From assembly GCA_004299555.1 (NCBI GenBank), contig SCQU01000028.1, positions 5,375 through 69,374 on the forward strand: DNA of 64,000 bases. The letters are read 5' to 3'. A program made the translations under genes and the position numbers. The stretch comes from Rhodanobacteraceae bacterium (lineage in GTDB: Bacteria > Pseudomonadota > Gammaproteobacteria > Xanthomonadales > Rhodanobacteraceae). Of this stretch, positions 8,764 through 19,131 are shown piece after piece; position 1 is the stretch's first letter, and every line of letters starts with the position of its first letter. The notes beneath the pieces are model-generated. The model saw only the letters and a list, made by a program, of their open reading frames with translations. It searched no databases and had not been told where the DNA came from.

Positions 8764-10254
8764 TCAGGCGGTTTCAAACAGCGCCATGAAGCCAAAGTCC
8801 ATGTGGACCTGCATGTGGCAGTGAAAAAGGGTGAGGCCGGGCATGTCGGCGGTGAAATCGACCTCGGTGGTCTGGAACGGCGGCACCAGCACCACGTCCT
8901 TCATCACGCCCCCCGTCGGGTGGCCATGCAGATTCACCAGTTCGAAGGTGTGCCGGTGCAGGTGCAGCGGGTGGATGTCGTCGGAGGCGTTGCGAAAGCG
9001 CAGGCGGTAGCGCTTGCCGAGCTTCAGCTTGCGCGTCACCGGCATGGTCTTCCAGTCGTAGGGCACGCCGTTGATGTAGTAGCGGTCAAAGCCGTGCGCG
9101 GCGCTCTGGCGCGCGTTGATGAGCAGGTCGATGACTTCGTCTGGTGCCTGCGGCTTGCGTTGGGGGTCGGCGAACAGCCGGTAGTCCCACTTGAACGCCG
9201 GTGGCGCCTGCCATTGCGGCTTGCCGCTGGTGCCCGCGTACTCGATCACGATGCCCATGCCGCCGGTACGGTCACCGTCGTTGAGGTCGCCGAGTACCCA
9301 TACGCCTGGATGGTCCATCTGGACGCTGGCCGATACGCGCTCGGCGGCGCCGAGCCACAGTACCGGCACCTCGACGGGATGCGGCACCGGATTGCCATCC
9401 AGCGCCAGCACCCTGAATGTGTGGCCAGGCAGTGCGAGGCTGCGGTTTTCGGTCGCGCTGGCGTTGAGGATGTGCAGCATCACGCGCTCGCCGTGCTTGA
9501 CGCGGATGGGTTCGCCAAAGCCCAGCGACTTGCCGTTGATGGCGAAGGATTCGTAAGCGAGCTCGTAGCCCGGTGGCACCGCGCCCGCGTGCGGATCGGA
9601 CCTGGCGGCAATCGTGACCAGCGGAATTTCCATGCCCGAAGGCTCCATGAACGGGGTGTCATCGTCGAGCCGGTTGAGGTAGGGCTGGAACTCCTTCAAG
9701 GTCAGGAACACCTCGCGGTCGTAGGCACCGGGGAAGTGCTTGGGCTCGATGTAGACCGGGCCGGCCTGGCCGCTGTACAGGCCCAGCGCCAGATCGGCAC
9801 CGGCGCGCACGTGCGTGTGGTAGAAGCGCAAGCCTGCCGGCCGCGGGACAAATATTTCGCGCTTGTGGCCGTGCGCGGGTACCGGCGGCGTGCGTTCCTC
9901 GTCGGCCCCGTCCACGCGGTCGGGCAGGAATTGACCGTGCCAGTGCACCTGCTCGTCGTGGGCGGTGTCGTTGAAAATATCAACCGTAACCGGCTTGCCT
10001 TCGTGGAAGCGCAGCAGTGGGCCGGGAAAGTCGCCGTTGTAGAGCCTGGTCGACACCAAGCGCGTTGGCGAGAGTTCCACCACCCCGGTGGCGATGTGCA
10101 AGCTGTAATCGGCCTTGCCGGCCGCCTTGATTGCGCTCGCGGCGGCGGCAGACTGCTGCCGCCCACTCGTGGCCGCCGGCGCCCCGTTGCCCCCCAGCAC
10201 CCCGGCAGCCAGCGCGGACAGGCTGGCGGTCTTCAGGAAATCGCGGCGATCCAT
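8764..10254 (-). CDS. Tat-exported multicopper oxidase
   Basis: The protein starts with the twin-arginine signal MDRRDFLKTASLSALAAG. Copper ligand motifs are HWHG, YHTH, HPLHLHRH and HCHMQVHMDFGFM. The listed 804-aa ORF is an in-frame read-through of upstream DNA. Confidence 0.85.
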   Translation of the reverse strand: MDRRDFLKTASLSALAAGVLGGNGAPAATSGRQQSAAAASAIKAAGKADYSLHIATGVVELSPTRLVSTRLYNGDFPGPLLRFHEGKPVTVDIFNDTAHDEQVHWHGQFLPDRVDGADEERTPPVPAHGHKREIFVPRPAGLRFYHTHVRAGADLALGLYSGQAGPVYIEPKHFPGAYDREVFLTLKEFQPYLNRLDDDTPFMEPSGMEIPLVTIAARSDPHAGAVPPGYELAYESFAINGKSLGFGEPIRVKHGERVMLHILNASATENRSLALPGHTFRVLALDGNPVPHPVEVPVLWLGAAERVSASVQMDHPGVWVLGDLNDGDRTGGMGIVIEYAGTSGKPQWQAPPAFKWDYRLFADPQRKPQAPDEVIDLLINARQSAAHGFDRYYINGVPYDWKTMPVTRKLKLGKRYRLRFRNASDDIHPLHLHRHTFELVNLHGHPTGGVMKDVVLVPPFQTTEVDFTADMPGLTLFHCHMQVHMDFGFMALFETA

Positions 10255-10376
10255 GGGTGCCCCGGCGGCAGTGCAAATGCGAATGATAAACGGTCGCGGC
10301 CGGAGCGCGCAGGTATGGTGCACGGTCGCATCGAAGCGGGTTGGATTGCCGCGACGCCGCGGGCGGCCCGCGCGGG

Positions 10377-11087
10377 TCAGGCCTTGTGGTGGGCCGGCCG
10401 CGGCGTGCGCTTGTAGTGGGTGCCGAGCAGCACGTCCCACAACCCCGTCGTGACGCCGAAGTTGGTGTCGGGGTGGTAATGATGGATGTTGTGGAAGCCG
10501 GCCCAGCGGCGCAACAGCGGGCTCTTGAAGCGATGGATATGGATCACGACGTGGCTCAACCCATAGGCGGCGTAGCCGGCGGCGATCGAACCGGCCAGCA
10601 GCAGGGCATAACCGGCCGGCAGCGCGGTCGCAAACAACGCCGCCAATACGCACATGAGCAGCGGCGGCATGAAAAATGGCAGCGCGTCGTAACCGAGCGG
10701 ATCCACGTGGTGATGGTCGTGCCCGGCCCGGAAGGGCCCGGTGTTGCCGTGAAACAGCCAGCGGTGCGCCGCGTATTCGATGAAGGTGAACACGAACAGC
10801 CCGCACAGCACGGTGACCGCCGCCAGGGCAGGCCGCAGGTGCCCGTACCAGACGCCGGCGGCGATCAGCACCGCGCTGATCAGGCAATCGCTGGTAAGGC
10901 CTGCGCGCAGGTTGAAGTGGCTGACCGACAGCCGCGCCAGCGGCCGTGCAACCCATTCCACGGGCGCTGGCAGGCGCGACGTGGGGTGGATGGATCCTTG
11001 CGGCGTGGCGGAAGACTGCTCGTTGCGGGACACGGCCGGTGCAGCTCCTGGTGGGCGGGGATGGTGGCGTGGCCGGCCGTCGATCAA
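10377..11087 (-). CDS. Fatty acid hydroxylase / sterol desaturase superfamily membrane protein
   Basis: Three His boxes are present (HRWLFH, HDHHH, HNIHHYH) together with hydrophobic segments. The start is uncertain because the N-terminal ~60 aa is low complexity. Confidence 0.65.
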   Translation of the reverse strand: MIDGRPRHHPRPPGAAPAVSRNEQSSATPQGSIHPTSRLPAPVEWVARPLARLSVSHFNLRAGLTSDCLISAVLIAAGVWYGHLRPALAAVTVLCGLFVFTFIEYAAHRWLFHGNTGPFRAGHDHHHVDPLGYDALPFFMPPLLMCVLAALFATALPAGYALLLAGSIAAGYAAYGLSHVVIHIHRFKSPLLRRWAGFHNIHHYHPDTNFGVTTGLWDVLLGTHYKRTPRPAHHKA

Positions 11088-11140
11088 CGTGCCGCCGCCG
11101 CTCCATCCCGTCCAGTATAGTCAGAACCCGGACGGCGGGC

Positions 11141-11584
11141 ATGCGGCAGGTCAAGATGGCGGCGGTGCGGAAAATCACGGGTTTAGCTGTGGTTTTGGTT
11201 GCCGCTCTTGCGCTGCCGGCGTGGGCGCAGCAGACGGCATCCGAGCGTGCCGCCCTGGCGCGTTACCGGCAGTACGCGGAGGCGCCGGTCGGGCACGTGC
11301 ATTACTTTCAGATCGACGGCTTTCAGTATCTGGCCCCCGGCCAGGTGGCAATCTGGTTTGGCGTCAACCGGATGTATCTGCTGACCGTCGAAACGCCGTG
11401 CATCAACCTTGCGCTGGCCAACGCCATTGGCCTGTCGGCGCGGGGCAACATGTTGTATCGCAACCTCGACTTCATCACCTTTGCCCGCCAGCGCTGCCGG
11501 ATCGTCAAGATCGTGCCGGTCGATGAGTTGAGAATGAAGCGGGCGGCGGCGCAGAAGGCGGCCGCGGCGAGCGCCGGCACGTGA
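11141..11584 (+). CDS. Secreted hypothetical protein
   Basis: MRQVKMAAVRKITGLAVVLVAALALPAWA|QQ is a signal peptide. GC3-rich coding continues to the stop at 11584. No motif was recognised. Confidence 0.55.
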   Translation: MRQVKMAAVRKITGLAVVLVAALALPAWAQQTASERAALARYRQYAEAPVGHVHYFQIDGFQYLAPGQVAIWFGVNRMYLLTVETPCINLALANAIGLSARGNMLYRNLDFITFARQRCRIVKIVPVDELRMKRAAAQKAAAASAGT

Positions 11585-11618
11585 TTGGCCGCGGGTTGCT
11601 ACGCGGCCGCGTACCGCG

Positions 11619-12659
11619 TCAGGCCTGCGCGTGCAGCCATTTGCGTACCGGCGCGGGAATGCCGAGGCTTTCAATCTCGGCGGCCGTGTACCAGCGCGTG
11701 TCCGCCGCGTCGGCCACGCGCGGCAGTTGCTGCGCGCCGCGCCACAGCATTGGGGTCGCGGACAGCTTGAAGTGCGTGAAGCGGTGGGTGATTGCGGGCA
11801 TCCATTCAGCCGCGTGGCCGTCGATGCGCGCCAGGCGCGCGGCCAGCGCCCGTGCGGCGTCGATGTCGGCGGCTTCGGGCAGGCTCCACAAGCGCGGCCA
11901 TACACCCTGCACCGGGCGCTGCCGCAACAGTACCCGGCCGTCGCGCTGGCGCAGCACGACGAATACGCAGTGCCGCTCGGGCAGTGCGCGCGCGGGCCGC
12001 GGCGCCGGGATCACGTCGACCAGGCCAGCGCGACGGGCGGCGCAGTCGCGTGCCTGCGGGCATTCATCGCAACGCGGATGGGCGCGGGTGCAGACCGTTG
12101 CGCCGAGGTCCATGATCGCCTGGGTGTAGTCGGCCACCTGCACCGATGGCGTGTGGGCTTCGGCGCGTTCCCACAGCGCGCGTCCGGTTGCGGGTTCGCC
12201 CGGCCAGCCCGGAATGCCGTGGAACCGCGCGAGGACGCGTTTGACGTTGCCATCGAGGATTGCGTGGCGCTGGTTTCTGGCCAGCGCCAGGATGGCGCCC
12301 GCGGTCGAGCGGCCGATGCCGGGCAGGGCGGCAAGTTCGGCGAAGATGTCGGGCAGCTCACCATGGTGGCGCTCCACGCACAGCCTTGCCGCCGCCTGCA
12401 GGTACCGCGCGCGCCGGTAGTAGCCCAGCCCCGACCACAGCGCCATGACGCGGTCTTCGGGCGCGGTTGCAAGCGCGGTCACGTCTGGCACCGCGGCGAC
12501 AAAGCGGTTGAAGTACGCGATGACGGTCGCAACCTGGGTCTGTTGCAGCATGACCTCGGAGATCCACACCCGGTAGGCGGTCCGTGGCTGCTGCCACGGC
12601 AGGTGGTGACGCCCGTGCTGACCGTACCAGGCGAGCAGACCTCGCGCGAAGGCGTCCAT
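11619..12659 (-). CDS. mutY: A/G-specific adenine DNA glycosylase
   Basis: MDAFARGLLAWYGQHGRHHLPWQQ...YRVWISEVMLQQTQV shows the HhH-GPD domain (LPGIGRSTAGAIL), the 4-Cys FeS loop (CTRAHPRCDECPQARDC) and a NUDIX-like C-domain. Confidence 0.9.
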   Translation of the reverse strand: MDAFARGLLAWYGQHGRHHLPWQQPRTAYRVWISEVMLQQTQVATVIAYFNRFVAAVPDVTALATAPEDRVMALWSGLGYYRRARYLQAAARLCVERHHGELPDIFAELAALPGIGRSTAGAILALARNQRHAILDGNVKRVLARFHGIPGWPGEPATGRALWERAEAHTPSVQVADYTQAIMDLGATVCTRAHPRCDECPQARDCAARRAGLVDVIPAPRPARALPERHCVFVVLRQRDGRVLLRQRPVQGVWPRLWSLPEAADIDAARALAARLARIDGHAAEWMPAITHRFTHFKLSATPMLWRGAQQLPRVADAADTRWYTAAEIESLGIPAPVRKWLHAQA

Positions 12660-12663
12660 CGGC

Positions 12664-13815
12664 TCAGTGTGCGGTCGAGGCCGCTGCCGCGGGGGCCACG
12701 CTGGCAGCGGGTGCGGGCGCCAGGTCGGCGTCGGCGTCGATGCTGAGCCCGGTGGCCCTGAACTCCCCGAGCTCGAGATGCTGCACGCTGGCATGTCCGT
12801 GGATTGGCAGCGGACCGGGCGGCTGCGCCGGAGACGCCGCCAGCAAGCGTTGCCACCAGCTGCCGAACTCGGTCGGCTGCAGCTGGAAGTCGGCGTGGAC
12901 GTCGGCGCCGCTGATCTGCAGCGTAATTGCCAGCCGAACGCGCCTGCGTGCCGGCTTGACGCTCAGCACGACCTGGTCGAGCGTGGCGGCGGCCGGTGTG
13001 CCGCTGCTGCCGCTGGCCGCGGGGCTGGCGGCTGCTGCGGGTGATGCCCTGGCTGCCACGTGCCGCAGGCTGCCGCGCAACTCCAGCGCAAAATCCTCTC
13101 CGCCGCGCCAGTGGCCGGCGCCTTCCAGGCGCAGCGCAAGCCCGCCTTGCCGGTTGAGGGCGATCCGGGTCGGGGCGAAGTCGATGGTGCCGGCGTGCGG
13201 GACCGAGGGGACGGTGTCAAGGCTGCCGCGAAGAAGCGTCCCGTTGGCGGTGCGCGCCGTCGCGTGAAGCGCGAACGGATGGCCGGGCACCAGTTCGCCG
13301 GTATCCAGGCTGACCTCGAACAGCAGCGGCCTGCCGGCGTTGGTGAGCGTGCCCTGGCTCAGGTGGATACCAGCCAGGATCGTTGGCAGCCGTGGCGGCC
13401 CACGATGATCCGGAAGCCGTGCAAGCAGGTCCTTCAGTTCGCCAAGATCAATGCGCGGAGCCTCGATTTCGACCCGCTCGATGGCGACATCACCGTGCAG
13501 CAGTGCGCGCCAAGGCACCACGATGGTCGCGCCGCTGGCCTCGAGGATCGGCGTTGCGGCGCCGGCATTGGCCAGGCTGAATCCCTGCAGCCTGACGCCC
13601 GGTCGCGGGAACAGTTGCGGCCGCGCGGGGGCGTTGAGTTCGAGTTTTACCCCGGCCGCCGCGAGGTCACTCTCCAGCAGGCTGGTGAACCGCTGCGGCT
13701 GCAGCAGTGCGTTGACGTGGAACGCGAGTGTCGCCAACAGCGCCAGTACCACCACGCCGGCGGCCAGTGCGGCCCAGCGCAAGCGGTGTTGGAGCCACGG
13801 GGCGGGCAGGGGCAT
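12664..13815 (-). CDS. AsmA family protein (N-terminal anchor plus AsmA-like domain)
   Basis: MPLPAPWLQHRLRWAALAAGVVVLALLATLAFHVNALL is a membrane anchor, followed by FTSLLESDLAAAGVKLELN...VEIEAPRIDL, typical of the AsmA N-region. The stop lies 5 nt before the mutY start. Confidence 0.7.
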   Translation of the reverse strand: MPLPAPWLQHRLRWAALAAGVVVLALLATLAFHVNALLQPQRFTSLLESDLAAAGVKLELNAPARPQLFPRPGVRLQGFSLANAGAATPILEASGATIVVPWRALLHGDVAIERVEIEAPRIDLGELKDLLARLPDHRGPPRLPTILAGIHLSQGTLTNAGRPLLFEVSLDTGELVPGHPFALHATARTANGTLLRGSLDTVPSVPHAGTIDFAPTRIALNRQGGLALRLEGAGHWRGGEDFALELRGSLRHVAARASPAAAASPAASGSSGTPAAATLDQVVLSVKPARRRVRLAITLQISGADVHADFQLQPTEFGSWWQRLLAASPAQPPGPLPIHGHASVQHLELGEFRATGLSIDADADLAPAPAASVAPAAAASTAH

Positions 13816-13825
13816 CGGGCGGGCC

Positions 13826-14908
13826 TCAGCTTGCGGTGGGCAGCAGCCCGTCGACGAACGCGCGCGGATCGAATACGCGCAAATCCTCGGCGCGTTCGCC
13901 GAGCCCGACGTAGCGGATCGGCAGCGCAAATTCCCGCGCCAGTGCGAACACGACGCCGCCCTTGGCGGTGCCATCCAGCTTGGTGATCGCCAGGCCGGTT
14001 ACCCCCACCGCCGCGATGAACTGGCGCACCTGGTTGATGGCGTTCTGGCCGGTGGTGCCGTCGATGACCAGCAGGACTTCGTGCGGTGCGTCCGCCGCCA
14101 GCTTGGCCACCACGCGCTTGACCTTGGCCAGTTCGTCCATCAGCCCCGAACGCGTATGCAGGCGTCCGGCGGTGTCCGCGATCAGCACGTCGTGGCCATG
14201 GGCGATGGCCATCTGCAGGGCATCGAAAATGACGCTGGCCGAATCCGCGCCCTGGCCCTGCGCGCAGACCTGGACGCCAAGCCGGTCGCCCCATTCCTGC
14301 AACTGGGCCACCGCCGCCGCGCGGAAGGTGTCGCCGGCCGCGAGCAGCACCGAGCGCTGTTCGCGCCGGAACGCGCGGGCGAGCTTGCCGATGGTCGTGG
14401 TCTTGCCCACGCCGTTGACGCCGACGACCAGCAGCATGAAAGGCTTGCGGCCGCCGGCATCGAGCGGCGTGGCCACCGGTTCGAGCAAGGCCAGCAGCCG
14501 GGTACGCAGGGCATCGCGCAGGGCTGCGGCGTCGGTAAACTCGCGCTTGTGCAGCCGTTGGCGCAGGTCATCGATCAGTTCACCGGTGGCCGTCACGCCG
14601 ACGTCGGCGGTCAGCAGCGTGGTTTCCAGCTCGTCCAGCAGATCGTCCGAAAGGGCGGGGTTGCGCGCAAACAGCGCCGTCAGGCCGCGTGCGAAGCCGC
14701 TTCCGGACAGGCGCTCACGCCAGCCGCGCCGCGGCTGCTCGGCGGAATCGGCGGCTTCCGGCCGCACCATGCCGGCGCCCGTCGCGGGCGCCGCTATGCT
14801 GGCGCCGATCGCCGCGGTCCCGGTGTCCGGGCGGGCATCGGCCGGTGCGGCAGGTTGCGGCGCGGGCCGCGGCTGGCGGCTCGTGAACTTGTTCCAGAGG
14901 CTCGGCAT
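13826..14908 (-). CDS. ftsY: Signal recognition particle receptor
   Basis: An acidic, Pro-rich N-region is followed by an NG domain with GVNGVGKTTTIGKLA, DTAGRLH and TKLDGTAKGG. Confidence 0.9.
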   Translation of the reverse strand: MPSLWNKFTSRQPRPAPQPAAPADARPDTGTAAIGASIAAPATGAGMVRPEAADSAEQPRRGWRERLSGSGFARGLTALFARNPALSDDLLDELETTLLTADVGVTATGELIDDLRQRLHKREFTDAAALRDALRTRLLALLEPVATPLDAGGRKPFMLLVVGVNGVGKTTTIGKLARAFRREQRSVLLAAGDTFRAAAVAQLQEWGDRLGVQVCAQGQGADSASVIFDALQMAIAHGHDVLIADTAGRLHTRSGLMDELAKVKRVVAKLAADAPHEVLLVIDGTTGQNAINQVRQFIAAVGVTGLAITKLDGTAKGGVVFALAREFALPIRYVGLGERAEDLRVFDPRAFVDGLLPTAS

Positions 14909-15062
14909 GCATTCAATCGCGGGAGTGGGTGGATGAAATGCTAACACCCCCGTTCCAACGCCAGCCGTCCGCGGGCCGGCACGGTCATGCGCCGTTGGGG
15001 CCGCGCCGCAGGCGCGTGGTGCGCGTGCGGGCGCACGCCCGCGCCGGAGCGGGGGTGGCTGC

Positions 15063-16252
<1,190 letters not shown>

Positions 16253-16257
16253 TTGCC

Positions 16258-16749
16258 ATGCGCAAATTCCTTTTCATCGCAGCCGCCGCATTGCTGGGCA
16301 CCTTGAGCCTCAGCGCGTGCCAGAAGAGCAACCAGGGCGAGACCACGGCTACCGCCAAGGCCGAACGACCCAGCAGCGCCACCGACATCAAGGGCTGGCA
16401 GGCGTACCTGACCCAGATCGTTGAAGCCAACATGGGCGATATCACCAACCAGCCGTATGTGTATTTCGTGCCGGGAGCGGCGGACCCCGCCACCAATGCG
16501 ACCGTGGGCCGCGTCCAGGGCCAGCTCAATGACGTGGTCGCCGCGACGGTGTTGCCGGGCAACATGGTGGCCGCGGGCGGTCCGGTGTCCGCCACTACCG
16601 CGATGCTGATGGAAAATGCGTTCAAGAACGCGGCCAAGGGCTCGTTCAAGGGCGTGGTGGTGCTGTTCATCGGCGACAAGGCCGACGAGGCGGCGGTGCG
16701 GGCTGCGGTCGAGCCAAGCGGGGCCACGTTCAAGTTCGCGCAGATGTAA
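16258..16749 (+). CDS. Lipoprotein, function unknown
   Basis: MRKFLFIAAAALLGTLSLSA|C has a lipobox. The start is 6 nt after the coaD stop. Confidence 0.6.
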   Translation: MRKFLFIAAAALLGTLSLSACQKSNQGETTATAKAERPSSATDIKGWQAYLTQIVEANMGDITNQPYVYFVPGAADPATNATVGRVQGQLNDVVAATVLPGNMVAAGGPVSATTAMLMENAFKNAAKGSFKGVVVLFIGDKADEAAVRAAVEPSGATFKFAQM

Positions 16750-16784
16750 CTCTGCGGCAGTTTCGCGCGCCGTCGGCGCGCGAG

Positions 16785-16899
16785 CCCCTTTGTAGGAGCA
16801 GTTTCGACCGCTGCGCGGATGAGCTACTTCCGTTTCGGGGAAAGTAGCCAGAGCCAGCGCGCACGCACGACGATCGCACCGACATCGTGTCGGTGCGAC
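16785..16899 (-). repeat. Structured ~110-bp intergenic repeat, copy A1 (inverted orientation)
   Basis: gagctacttccgtttcggggaaagtagccagagcc...tcgcaccgacatcgtgtcggtgcga matches the reverse complement of 36335-36446 with scattered substitutions. It contains the perfect hairpin tcgcaccgaca/tgtcggtgcga and a tgtaggagc-type motif. Confidence 0.7.
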
Positions 16900-16996
16900 T
16901 CCCTGCGCTTCTTGCGGTACGCGGGCCGGCGCCGGATGTTCGAGCACCGGGATGTGCGAGTTCGGCGCGGCCGCCGTGCGGCGAGTGCCAAGGGCA

Positions 16997-17098
16997 GTTT
17001 CAGCAACAGGAAGTTGCTGAAACCGTCATGCCCGGCGCAATGGTCTTTCGCCCCTTTCTGCCGCAACAGAAAGGGGCTCGCTCACCGCAGGCGAGCGG
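16997..17098 (+). repeat. Structured ~110-bp intergenic repeat, copy A2 (forward orientation)
   Basis: The element is the hairpin gtttcagcaac-agga-agttgctgaaac, then cgtcatgcccggcgcaatgg, then the hairpin cccctttctg-ccgcaa-cagaaagggg, then ctcgctc. It is collinear with 36335-36446. Confidence 0.7.
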
Positions 17099-17166
17099 AA
17101 CCGCTCTCTGGCGATGCCATGCGATAATCGCCAGTTTGCGCCAACGTACACACCGTCGCGCCCGCC

Positions 17167-18957
17167 ATGCAACAGATCCGCAACTTTTCCATCATCGCCC
17201 ACATCGATCACGGCAAGTCGACCCTTGCCGATCGCATCATCCAGATCTGTGGCGGCCTCACGGCGCGCGAGATGGAAGCACAGGTGCTGGATGACAACCC
17301 GATCGAGCGCGAGCGCGGCATAACCATCAAGGCACGCGCGGTGTCGCTGCCCTACACCGCGCGCGACGGCAAAACCTACGAGCTGAATTTCATCGACACC
17401 CCCGGGCACGTCGACTTTTCCTACGAGGTCTCGCGTTCGCTGGCCGCGTGCGAGGGCGCGCTGCTGGTGGTGGATGCGGCGCAGGGCGTCGAAGCGCAGT
17501 CGGTTGCCAATTGCTACACCGCGGTCGAAATGGGTCTCGAGGTCGTGCCGGTACTGAACAAGATCGACCTGCCGACGGCCGACATCCCCAAGGTCAAGGC
17601 GGAAATCGAGGCGGTCATCGGGATTGATGCCGGCGACGCCGTCGCGGTCAGCGCCAAGACCGGTGAGAATGTGGTCGAGGTGCTGGAGGCGATCGTCGCG
17701 CGCATCCCGCCGCCCAGGCCGCGCGATACCGACAAGCTGCAAGCGCTCATCATCGACTCGTGGTTTGACAACTACCTTGGCGTCGTCTCGCTGGTGCGCG
17801 TGATGCAGGGCGAGATCAAGCCGCGCGACAAGCTGCTGGTGATGTCCACCGGCCGCGCCCACGAAGTCGAGCAGGTCGGCGTGTTCACGCCCAAGCGCAC
17901 GCAGACCGGCAAGCTCGGCGCGGGTGAAGTCGGCTTCGTGTGCGCGTCGATCAAGCACGTCCACGGCGCGCCGGTCGGCGACACGCTGACCTTGGCCAAC
18001 GATCCGGCCCCCGCTGCGCTGCCGGGCTTCCGGCACGTGCAGCCGCGGGTGTTTGCCGGTTTGTTCCCGGTGGCGTCGGAGGACTTTCCGGCCCTGCGCG
18101 AGGCGCTGGACAAGCTGCGCCTGAATGACGCGGCGCTGTTTTTTGAGCCCGAATCATCCGAGGCGATGGGCTTTGGCTTCCGCTGCGGGTTTCTTGGCAT
18201 GCTGCACATGGAGATTGTGCAGGAGCGGCTGGAGCGCGAGTACGACCTTGACCTCGTCTCGACCGCGCCGACCGTCGTGTACGAAGTCCTCCAGTCCGAT
18301 GGCAGCATCCTGTCGCTCGACAACCCGGCCAAGCTGCCGGCGGCGCCGGGCGTGGCCGAAATCCGCGAGCCGATCATCGTCGCCGACATCCTGACTCCGC
18401 CCGAATACGTCGGCAACGTCATCACCCTGTGCGAGGAAAAGCGCGGCGTACAGCGCTCGATCCAGTACCTCGCCAGCCAGGTGCGGGTGAGCTACGAACT
18501 GCCGCTGGCCGAGGTGGTGCTGGATTTCTTTGATCGCCTGAAGTCGGTCAGCCGCGGCTATGCGTCGATGGACTATCACTTCGACCGTTTCCAGGCGGGT
18601 CCGTTCGTGCGGGTGGATGTGCTGATCAATGGCGACCGGGTGGATGCACTCAGCCTGATCGTGCATCGTGCGCTCGCGGACCGGCGTGGCCGCGACCTGG
18701 TCGAGCGGATGCGTGAACTTATTCCGCGGCAGATGTTCGACGTAGCCATCCAGGCCGCGATCGGGGGTCAGGTCATCGCGCGCTCCACGGTCAAGGCGTT
18801 GCGCAAGAACGTGCTGGCCAAGTGCTACGGCGGCGACGTCTCGCGCAAGAAGAAGCTGCTGGAAAAACAAAAGGCCGGCAAGAAGCGGATGAAGATGGTG
18901 GGCCGGGTCGAGATTCCGCAGGAAGCATTTCTGGCGGTGCTGCGGACCGACAAATGA
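17167..18957 (+). CDS. lepA: Elongation factor 4
   Basis: [24 protein letters not shown]...DTPGHVDF...NKIDL is present, with the LepA-specific C-terminal region. Length 596 aa. Confidence 0.95.
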   Translation: MQQIRNFSIIAHIDHGKSTLADRIIQICGGLTAREMEAQVLDDNPIERERGITIKARAVSLPYTARDGKTYELNFIDTPGHVDFSYEVSRSLAACEGALLVVDAAQGVEAQSVANCYTAVEMGLEVVPVLNKIDLPTADIPKVKAEIEAVIGIDAGDAVAVSAKTGENVVEVLEAIVARIPPPRPRDTDKLQALIIDSWFDNYLGVVSLVRVMQGEIKPRDKLLVMSTGRAHEVEQVGVFTPKRTQTGKLGAGEVGFVCASIKHVHGAPVGDTLTLANDPAPAALPGFRHVQPRVFAGLFPVASEDFPALREALDKLRLNDAALFFEPESSEAMGFGFRCGFLGMLHMEIVQERLEREYDLDLVSTAPTVVYEVLQSDGSILSLDNPAKLPAAPGVAEIREPIIVADILTPPEYVGNVITLCEEKRGVQRSIQYLASQVRVSYELPLAEVVLDFFDRLKSVSRGYASMDYHFDRFQAGPFVRVDVLINGDRVDALSLIVHRALADRRGRDLVERMRELIPRQMFDVAIQAAIGGQVIARSTVKALRKNVLAKCYGGDVSRKKKLLEKQKAGKKRMKMVGRVEIPQEAFLAVLRTDK

Positions 18958-19058
18958 GGGGGGCCTGCTGCCCGGCGAACGGGGCAAAGCCACCCGGAGG
19001 GTGGCCTTCGGAGCGGTCAACCGGCCTCGACAGCGCCAGGATGACCAAAGACACTGGC

Positions 19059-19076
19059 TGCCGGCCCTGGCCGGCA
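19059..19076. repeat. Short GC palindrome (tgccggcc-ct-ggccggca) in the lepA-lepB spacer
   Basis: An 8-bp perfect inverted repeat was read directly. It resembles the small palindromic REP-like units of Xanthomonadaceae (resemblance from memory). Confidence 0.4.
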
Positions 19077-19131
19077 TGACGATCACGCACAGTCCCGCGG
19101 CACCGTCTGCCGCGCGCATCAAGGAACGCGG

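Noticed and set aside
8764-11178. An 804-aa ORF that would fuse the multicopper oxidase to a long N-terminal extension.
   Set aside because: The oxidase has its own ATG followed by a canonical twin-arginine signal (MDRRDFLK) at 10254. The upstream 308 codons overlap, in another frame, a His-box membrane protein and are low-complexity read-through.
16819-17127. Listed ORFs of 60 to 135 aa inside the lepA-upstream and apaH-downstream repeat regions (16819-17127, 16887-17294, 36199-37152, 36215-36412).
   Set aside because: They are built from the repeat hairpins. The peptide similarity between loci (KPSCPAQW versus RPSCQAQW) simply reflects the DNA repeat. There is no RBS, and they extend antisense into real genes.
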